From a bacterium (GTDB taxonomy: Bacteria; SAR324; XYD2-FULL-50-16), in assembly GCA_032250835.1 (NCBI GenBank), contig JAVVEA010000005.1, positions 64,001 through 128,000 of the forward strand: a stretch of DNA of 64,000 nt, given 5' to 3'. The notes under the pieces are model-generated. The model did no database searches. It was given only the letters and a program-made list of their open reading frames with translations, and was not told where the DNA came from. Below, in pieces: positions 57,577 to 64,000 of this stretch (its first letter is position 1; every line of letters starts with the position of its first letter). The translations under genes and the position numbers were made by a program.

Positions 57577-58547
57577 GACTCATCCTCCCGGTCGTCGATC
57601 TGGTATTTGCGGGCCGAGCGTTTGGTTGCTCCGTGGATTCCTAAGCCCACCAAGGTTACCCCAAAGGCCCCGTAGGCCAAATCTTCGGCATGACGGACCC
57701 AGCCAGACTGGACCCCGGCAATCCGGTGGCTCAGTTGGCCGAAAAGACCCTGACCATGGTGCGAGGGGTAGTCGGGTTCCGAACAGCCGGTGCAGGGGCT
57801 GCCTACCGAAACACACCATTCATCGCTGCCGTTCCATTGGACGATGGGGCAGTCATTATAGGTGACCCGGCCTTTGCAGCCTAAGAGATAAAGACAACCT
57901 TCGCGTTCGCCGTGGTAGCGTACATAATCGCCCTTTTCAAAGTCGCCCCGGTATTCACAGCGGTCACAGACCAACTGTTCAAAAAACATGCGGGGCCGGC
58001 GGTGTTCGTCTAGTTCAGGTAGGCCATACATCAACAAATGGTTGAGTAAACCCAGCAGATGACGAGATTGGGCCGGTTGGCCAGGGATGCGGATCACCGG
58101 GGCGGGAGCACCCGAAAGAATCTGTCCGTTGAGGTCTAAATACCCGCCGGGCTTTTCGGCCAAATAGCTAGCTTCATTCCCCAAAAGGACCACGACCTTC
58201 GCGCGGGTGATCCAAGCATGTAAGATTTGGTTGACCCGGTCTAAGGCATCGTCGGGGAAAGCGCCTTCCAAAATGAGGATCGGTGGGCTTTGGTCTTCCT
58301 GGGGTTCTTCTCCTTCGGCCTCTAGACGGCGGAAGTAGCGCGCCAAGAAGGAAGGATATTCCTCTAGGCCCCACAGCCCGAGGCTGTGCGTCTCTGCGCT
58401 GTTGCCTTTCAGCCAGACCAAGGGTTCGGCTGCGCCCACTTCTTCCTGGGCCAACAAGTTGCTCAAGTTGGCGCTGAGGAAAGAAAGGCTCAAGGCCCCG
58501 GTGCCCAGCAGGCGGATAAAGTCTCTTCTGTTGTGTTGGTGGCTCAT
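57573..58547 (-). CDS. [NiFe]-hydrogenase small-subunit homolog (Tat signal, C-terminal TM); proximal cluster ligands absent
   Basis: NRRDFIR Tat motif; CDRC, CLYLLGCKG, NDCP, WC, PCTGCSEP retained; WLKGNSAETHS, GNEAS, PGQPA in place of the Cys motifs. Confidence 0.9.
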   Translation of the reverse strand: MSHQHNRRDFIRLLGTGALSLSFLSANLSNLLAQEEVGAAEPLVWLKGNSAETHSLGLWGLEEYPSFLARYFRRLEAEGEEPQEDQSPPILILEGAFPDDALDRVNQILHAWITRAKVVVLLGNEASYLAEKPGGYLDLNGQILSGAPAPVIRIPGQPAQSRHLLGLLNHLLMYGLPELDEHRRPRMFFEQLVCDRCEYRGDFEKGDYVRYHGEREGCLYLLGCKGRVTYNDCPIVQWNGSDEWCVSVGSPCTGCSEPDYPSHHGQGLFGQLSHRIAGVQSGWVRHAEDLAYGAFGVTLVGLGIHGATKRSARKYQIDDREDES

Positions 58548-58552
58548 AGAAT

Positions 58553-59488
58553 TTATTGACCGGTTCTTTCCCTTTGATACCGGTACAAAGGCGCTCCGTA
58601 AAGGTCAAAAAACCGCGCCGAGAGCCGCTCGCGATTGGCCTGAAGGTACAAGAAACCCTGGCCGGGGTGTAGGAAAAGCGAGCCGGAACGCCCCTGGGGC
58701 GACTGGGACCCCTTGTAGGGATAACCGCCACCACCGGAGATCAAAAAATCGGTGCCCTCAGGATTGAGCTGAATATGCTCTAAATGATGTTCATGGCCCG
58801 AGAGCAACAAATCCACTTGCTCCCCCAGCCAGACATCCCAAAGCCAACGCAGCATCGCCGGTGCATCGCCATGATCCCCTGAACCATAAAGATTGTGGTG
58901 GGCAAAAACCAAACGCCAAGACTGAGCCGGAGCCAAGTCCAGTTGGTCCTTGAGCCAACCCCAACCGAAGGGGCGGCAGTTGGAGTTGAGTCCATACAAC
59001 TCCACCGGTCCCGCGCTGAGGTGGTATTTAAAGTCCGGCATGCGCCACTTGAGGCTATGTAAGCTGTATTCACGCTGGGCCAGGACGGAGCCTTTGGCGT
59101 CGTGGTTGCCTAAAACCACCAGAAAAGGCAGGTCCAAGTCGGCGTAGACCGACTCAAAATGACTGACCCATTGGGGGTCGGCTAGGCTGGTGACTCCTTT
59201 GGGGTAAAAGTTATCGCCCAAATAGAGGACCAAGTCGCAGCCCAGTTCAGCGCAAACCTTGGCGATTGATTGGGCCACTTGGGCTTGCAACCATTCGCCG
59301 GTACCCGCGTCGCCCAAGACAATCAACCGCAGCTCCGCTTTGCCCTTAAAGGTGTCTAGGGACATCAAAGCCCCCTGATCGGCGCAGCCCTTAGCCTGCC
59401 ATTGGGACCTTAGCTGCAGCAACGCCCATAAACCTAACAACAGCAGCACAGCGGCCAAAGCCCAGCGGAAGCGGCCTTTGGGTAACAT
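58553..59488 (-). CDS. Membrane-anchored metallophosphoesterase (purple/tartrate-resistant acid phosphatase-like)
   Basis: GDAG, GDNFY, GNHD, AHH, SGHEH. Confidence 0.9.
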   Translation of the reverse strand: MLPKGRFRWALAAVLLLLGLWALLQLRSQWQAKGCADQGALMSLDTFKGKAELRLIVLGDAGTGEWLQAQVAQSIAKVCAELGCDLVLYLGDNFYPKGVTSLADPQWVSHFESVYADLDLPFLVVLGNHDAKGSVLAQREYSLHSLKWRMPDFKYHLSAGPVELYGLNSNCRPFGWGWLKDQLDLAPAQSWRLVFAHHNLYGSGDHGDAPAMLRWLWDVWLGEQVDLLLSGHEHHLEHIQLNPEGTDFLISGGGGYPYKGSQSPQGRSGSLFLHPGQGFLYLQANRERLSARFFDLYGAPLYRYQRERTGQ

Positions 59489-59494
59489 GGGGAT

Positions 59495-60817
59495 TTACTG
59501 GGGGAAGTCTTTAAAGATCAATTCCATCTCCGCTTCTGCCTGGATCAGCGAGAAGCGTTCCTCTACCGCTTGGCGTAAGAATCGATTGATGGCGTCGATT
59601 TTTCCAATGGCGTAGTCGATCATCTTATTGGAGCCCTTTACATAAGCCCCGATGTTGATCAAATCCTCGGCTTCTTTGAAGGTCGCCAAGGTTTGGACCA
59701 TCCGGCTGGCGTTTTTCTGCATCGCCTTTGAGGTTACCTCTACCATCACCCTGGATTTAGACCGCAAGACGTCTATGGCCGGGTAATGCCCCTGGGCGGC
59801 GATTTCTCGGTCTAAGAGGATGTGGCCATCGACGATAGAGCGCACGGCGTCGCCGATCGGTTCGTTGGGGTCGTCGCCTTCGACCAAAACCGTATAAAAG
59901 CCCGTTAACGAGCCCGATGCCTTGGAATTACCGGCCCGCTCTAAAAGCTTAGGCAGCAGCGCATAGACCGAAGGGGGGTAGCCCTTGGTGGTTGGCGGTT
60001 CGCCGACGGCCAGACCAATTTCGCGTTGGGCCATCGCAAAGCGCGTGACCGAATCCATCATCAAAATCACATCCTGGCCTTGTTCGCGGAACCATTCGGC
60101 GATAGTGGTCGCCAAATAGGCGCCGTGCAGGCGCACCAAAGGGCTATGGTCGCTGGTTGCGGCAATCACGATGCTACGCTTAAGGCCCTCGGGCCCCAGG
60201 TCGCGCTCAATAAATTCCCGCACCTCTCGGCCCCGCTCGCCGATCAGCGCGATCACGTTGACTGCGGCGGTGGTGTTACGGGCCATCATGCCTAGCAATA
60301 CGGACTTACCCACACCCGAACCGGCCAAAATAGCCATCCGCTGTCCCTTACCGGCGGTCAAAAGGCCGTTGATGGCCTTAATGCCCACGTCTAAAGGCTC
60401 CTCGATGCGGCGTCGGTGCATGGGGTTGATCGGATCAGCGTAGAGCGGGGCTTTAAAGCGGGTGAAGATCGGGCCTAGATCGTCAATGGGTTGGCCCGTA
60501 CCGTCCATGCAGCGCCCCAATAGCTCGGGCCCGACGGGCACCAAGGTCTTTTCGACACTAGGGCGGACCACTGAGTCCGGGCCGACGCCCCGGATATCGC
60601 CTAGGGGCATGACAAAAACATACTTCCCCTTAATCCCCACCGCCTCACCGGCCACTTTCTCGCCGGTCTGCCGATCTAAGATGTGGCAGCGCCCGCCGAT
60701 ACGCATGCCGGGGTTGTGGGCGCGGATCATGAAGCCCACCACCTCGTCTACCTTGCCTTCGGGCTGATCGGTGTGCAGTTGGGAGACGCGCTGGCCATAG
60801 TCGTCTAAGGAAAACAT
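59495..60817 (-). CDS. fliI: Flagellar export ATPase
   Basis: AGSGVGKS, IGERGREV, MDSVTRFAMAQREIG, KGYPPSV. Confidence 0.95.
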   Translation of the reverse strand: MFSLDDYGQRVSQLHTDQPEGKVDEVVGFMIRAHNPGMRIGGRCHILDRQTGEKVAGEAVGIKGKYVFVMPLGDIRGVGPDSVVRPSVEKTLVPVGPELLGRCMDGTGQPIDDLGPIFTRFKAPLYADPINPMHRRRIEEPLDVGIKAINGLLTAGKGQRMAILAGSGVGKSVLLGMMARNTTAAVNVIALIGERGREVREFIERDLGPEGLKRSIVIAATSDHSPLVRLHGAYLATTIAEWFREQGQDVILMMDSVTRFAMAQREIGLAVGEPPTTKGYPPSVYALLPKLLERAGNSKASGSLTGFYTVLVEGDDPNEPIGDAVRSIVDGHILLDREIAAQGHYPAIDVLRSKSRVMVEVTSKAMQKNASRMVQTLATFKEAEDLINIGAYVKGSNKMIDYAIGKIDAINRFLRQAVEERFSLIQAEAEMELIFKDFPQ

Positions 60818-60823
60818 AGGCTC

Positions 60824-61900
60824 CTAAGGATTGCTGGGGTCGAACTCAGGAGGCGCTTTCAACTCATTGGGGACCGGGCCTGTTGGGGCGGCCTGCTCGG
60901 CGGGAGCGGCCGGGGGCGCGGTTGCTGGCCCTTGGGCCTTTTCGGCGTTCCGCTCGGCCACAAAATGAGGGTCGAACAGTGAGCGGCGCTCATCTAGGCA
61001 ATCACCTAAGACCCGCTCGATTTCTTCAAACTGCTGGTTGAGGTCCATCTGAACGCGGGCGAAGTCAGTCTCGACCACCGGACCGCTGGCTGAAACGCTC
61101 TCGCTTTTGCGGAAGGTCAAATATTGCCCTTCTTCCAGATAGGCTTCTAATTCCGGCTTGTGTTTGGCCAAAAAGTCGTATTCCACGGGATGCACGGTGA
61201 TGCGCACCTTGCCCAGGCCTTCAAAGTGCTTGAGCGCTGTTTTGATCAGGTTCAAAACAAATTCAGGCCGGGTCTTTAACTCTTCATGGACCACCTTCTT
61301 AGCCATCAACAAAGTCTGTTGGACTATTTCGGTTTCGTGCTGGTGGGCCAGGGTGATGCGGAGATCTTTCAACTCGGCCAACAAGTCCGTCACCTGCACC
61401 GCCAATTCAGCGCTATCCTTACGGGCTAATTCCAGCCCCGCTTCATAGCCTTTGGCGTGGCCCACTTCATAGGCGGCCCGTTCGATTTCCTCTACCGAGG
61501 CCTCGGCCTTTTCCACCATCGCCAGGGCGTCTTTTTCGGCTTCTTCGCGCCGGATCTGGGCATGAGCTAAGGTTTCTTCAGCCTCGGACAAGGCTAAATC
61601 GGCATTGCGCATGATCAGCTTCGCCTGTCGGTCGGCCTCGCTGCGGATGCGCTTGGAGTATTCCTCGACGTTGGTCAGTAAGCTGCCCTCTTCAACAAAG
61701 GCATTGGAGGTAAACTTGCTGGCGTCGCGGGTATCTAGGCGGATCGTGGCCTTGGCGCTTTTGGTGATCAGTGATTCGGGCTCGAAGGCCCGGACCTCTG
61801 GGTCCTCCTCGGGGCCTCCGAAACTCTGCATCACCTCTACCTGCGGGGCGTCGTCCTCGCTGATGTCCTCGAATTGTGGGGGAAGGAACTGGTTTTCCAT
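60824..61900 (-). CDS. fliH: Flagellar assembly protein FliH
   Basis: Coiled coil with AYEVGHAKGYEAG (GxxxG) repeats, RITVHPVEY; lies between fliF and fliI. Confidence 0.85.
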   Translation of the reverse strand: MENQFLPPQFEDISEDDAPQVEVMQSFGGPEEDPEVRAFEPESLITKSAKATIRLDTRDASKFTSNAFVEEGSLLTNVEEYSKRIRSEADRQAKLIMRNADLALSEAEETLAHAQIRREEAEKDALAMVEKAEASVEEIERAAYEVGHAKGYEAGLELARKDSAELAVQVTDLLAELKDLRITLAHQHETEIVQQTLLMAKKVVHEELKTRPEFVLNLIKTALKHFEGLGKVRITVHPVEYDFLAKHKPELEAYLEEGQYLTFRKSESVSASGPVVETDFARVQMDLNQQFEEIERVLGDCLDERRSLFDPHFVAERNAEKAQGPATAPPAAPAEQAAPTGPVPNELKAPPEFDPSNP

Positions 61901-61921
61901 AGTTGCTTAGAGCCGGTGCTT

Positions 61922-63550
61922 TTAGGGTCCCTTCTTTTCCTTGAGCCAAGTCCGTACCAAAGACGCCGTCTTGAGCGGGTCCTGCTTGGCGATTTCGATG
62001 ATCTTGTCGCGTGGCGGAATCCCCGTTTCCTTTTCGGTCGGGATTTCCAATTCTTCGCCTTCTAGTTCGCCGATGGTAGTGGGCAGACCCATGAGCAGGT
62101 CCAAATCCTCGGGCTTGGCCGAGAGCTTCATCACCATCGGGCGGATCACCATGAAGACCAGGACAATCACAATCAAGCCGACCAAGACGTAGCGGACCAA
62201 GTCGATGATGAACTTGCGGGTCGCTTCGTTTTTCTGCTGCTTGAGGCGTTCCTGCTCGACCAAAGGCTTGGTGAAGCGGATGTTTTGCACCGTAATGGTG
62301 TCGCCCCGTTCGTTGTTAAAGCCCACGGTCTGTTTAGCGATCTGTTCGATCATCTGCAGGTCGGCGGGGCTCCATGACTTATATACAGGGCTACCGACCA
62401 CGTCGCCGTTTTCGTCGCGGACATACTCATACTTACCGTCCAACAAAACCGCCACGCTCATGCGCTTGATCTCGCCGGGGGCCTTTTTCTTGACTACATG
62501 CCGGGTGGAGTTGACGTAGTTGGTGCGCTTGACCCGCTTGTCTAAGTCGCTGACGTTGGCGATCTCGCTGGCACCGGCGCGTACTTCGGGGCTGTTGCTG
62601 GTTACGCCGGGCACGCCTACGGGAATGCTGCGGCTACCGGTGGCCTTTTCGTTGGTCGCTTCTTCACTAACCACCGCGCTTAAGTCGGGGTCCACTAAGT
62701 CTTCGGTGATTTCAGAGATATTAAAGTCCATCTCCACCGAGGCGCGCACCTCTACACGGTCCTTGCCGGTCACCTTTTCCAGCTGGCTTAAAAGCTTTTG
62801 CTCTAAGCGCAGTTCCACCAGCTGCTGGTGGCCAAAATTCTTATTGCGCATCTCTGAGCCGTCCTCGTCACCTACTTTAGAAAGCAGGTTACCGCTGGTA
62901 TCCGAAACGCGTACATCCTCCATAGACAGGTCTGGAACAGCACCGGCCACGAGGTTAACAATGGTGTTGACGCCCTTGCTGTTCAGGCGGTTGTTCGGGG
63001 CCATCTCGACCACTACCGAAGCGGTGGTGCGGCGGTCCTCGTCAATGAACAGGCTTTGTTCCGGGATGGCGACGGAGACCTTGGCGTTCTCGATGATGTC
63101 GATCAGGCTGATCAACCGGGCCAATTCCCCTTCTAAGGCGCGCTTGTACTGGACTTTCTGTTGGAATTCGGTGGCACCGAAGTTGGCTTCGTCGAAGATC
63201 TCAAAGCCCACCAAGCCACCCATCTGGAGGCCCGAAGAAGCAATCTGCAGCCGCACCTTGTCCACATCATCCACTGGCACCAAAATACCCCCACCACCGG
63301 GCTGCAAGACATACTGCACGTTCAGTTCGTCCAGTTTCTGGACGATCTTGGCGGTGTCGCCTTGCTTGAGGCCCGAAACCAAGGGTGCGTAGGTGATTTG
63401 GGAAGAAAAGAAGACGAAGGCGATCAGGCCTAATACAATACCCCCAAGGCTAGAGAAGAGGAATATCTTCTTACCTGTGGTCAGGCTTGCAAAAAAATTT
63501 TGAAACTGGGACTGAAAGTCGTCGACCAGTCCTACAGTCTGTTCGGCCAT
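61922..63550 (-). CDS. fliF: Flagellar M-ring protein
   Basis: VGFEIFD...GATEFQQKVQYKRALEGELAR, GVPGVTSN, GFNNERGD, two TMs. Confidence 0.95.
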   Translation of the reverse strand: MAEQTVGLVDDFQSQFQNFFASLTTGKKIFLFSSLGGIVLGLIAFVFFSSQITYAPLVSGLKQGDTAKIVQKLDELNVQYVLQPGGGGILVPVDDVDKVRLQIASSGLQMGGLVGFEIFDEANFGATEFQQKVQYKRALEGELARLISLIDIIENAKVSVAIPEQSLFIDEDRRTTASVVVEMAPNNRLNSKGVNTIVNLVAGAVPDLSMEDVRVSDTSGNLLSKVGDEDGSEMRNKNFGHQQLVELRLEQKLLSQLEKVTGKDRVEVRASVEMDFNISEITEDLVDPDLSAVVSEEATNEKATGSRSIPVGVPGVTSNSPEVRAGASEIANVSDLDKRVKRTNYVNSTRHVVKKKAPGEIKRMSVAVLLDGKYEYVRDENGDVVGSPVYKSWSPADLQMIEQIAKQTVGFNNERGDTITVQNIRFTKPLVEQERLKQQKNEATRKFIIDLVRYVLVGLIVIVLVFMVIRPMVMKLSAKPEDLDLLMGLPTTIGELEGEELEIPTEKETGIPPRDKIIEIAKQDPLKTASLVRTWLKEKKGP

Positions 63551-63760
63551 GAGGGCTCTGCAGAAAGGGGTTTACCGATCCTTGCCAGAAATCGGCGTCA
63601 AAGCAAATGGTTTCTGCCCGCATCCCTTCGGGTCTGGCTCAAATCAAGCCTTGCCAATCCGTCGGCTTCCTTGCCGGTCGGGCCCCGTCAAGAGCCCGAA
63701 GATTGGTCTATAGTCTATCGTTTGTGCAAACAATAGGCCAACAGGTTTTTTTAAAGATCC

Positions 63761-64000
63761 TTAAACCTGCATCCGCATCATTTCCTCATAAGCACTGACC
63801 ACCTTGTTGCGGACGGCCATTAATAACTTCAATGAGGTCTCTGCTTTTTCCATGGCGACCATGGTGCCCGGGATGTCTTTATTGCGCCCGGCGGCCATCT
63901 CGGCAATTTTATGGTCCGTCTGGATCTGATCTTGATTGACTTGATCAAAGATGTCTTTGAAATTGTCAACGATCGCTTTACTGGCCCCAGATTTCTGGTG
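63761..64000 (-). CDS. fliE: Flagellar hook-basal body protein FliE (partial; start beyond right edge)
   Basis: Read by hand: ...MVAMEKAETSLKLLMAVRNKVVSAYEEMMRMQV*. Confidence 0.93.
   Translation of the reverse strand, partial: HQKSGASKAIVDNFKDIFDQVNQDQIQTDHKIAEMAAGRNKDIPGTMVAMEKAETSLKLLMAVRNKVVSAYEEMMRMQV

Noticed and set aside
62520-63392. 290-aa plus-strand ORF
   Set aside because: Antisense shadow of fliF.
63551-63760. sigma54 promoter for fliF
   Set aside because: The best GG...TTGC candidate has 12 bp rather than the required 10 bp between GG and GC.

Overview
A gene-dense, moderately GC-rich bacterial chromosome segment. The gene content (lpxD, msbA, waaA, flagellar fliE/F/H/I) indicates a motile diderm. 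Protein style suggests a deltaproteobacteria-like/SAR324-related lineage, but that is inference only. Most of the window is housekeeping: tal (end), folD, aroA, lpxD, FNR-sthA, msbA, gltX, fmt, hflX, tsaD, waaA, hemE, purM, dusB, coaE. It also has a complete sulfur-carrier (ThiS/JAB/ThiF/Sir-TusA/MetY) sulfate-assimilation operon, a divergent LuxR / autoinducer-domain-only pair, and a ~2.2 kb accessory cassette (HicAB, two gene remnants and a nested inverted-repeat element) bounded by imperfect inverted repeats. The standout is an intact three-gene 'pseudo-hydrogenase' at 55570-58547. It has membrane-bound [NiFe]-hydrogenase architecture (Tat small subunit, large subunit, cytochrome b-like subunit). 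However, all four Ni/Fe-ligating cysteines, the canopy Arg and all proximal Fe-S ligands are gone, while the medial and distal Fe-S sites are kept and appear converted to all-Cys ligation. It is tightly packed into the gene run downstream of fliF-fliH-fliI. No rRNA, tRNA or CRISPR array was recognised. All calls come from motif recognition by eye; no database search was run.
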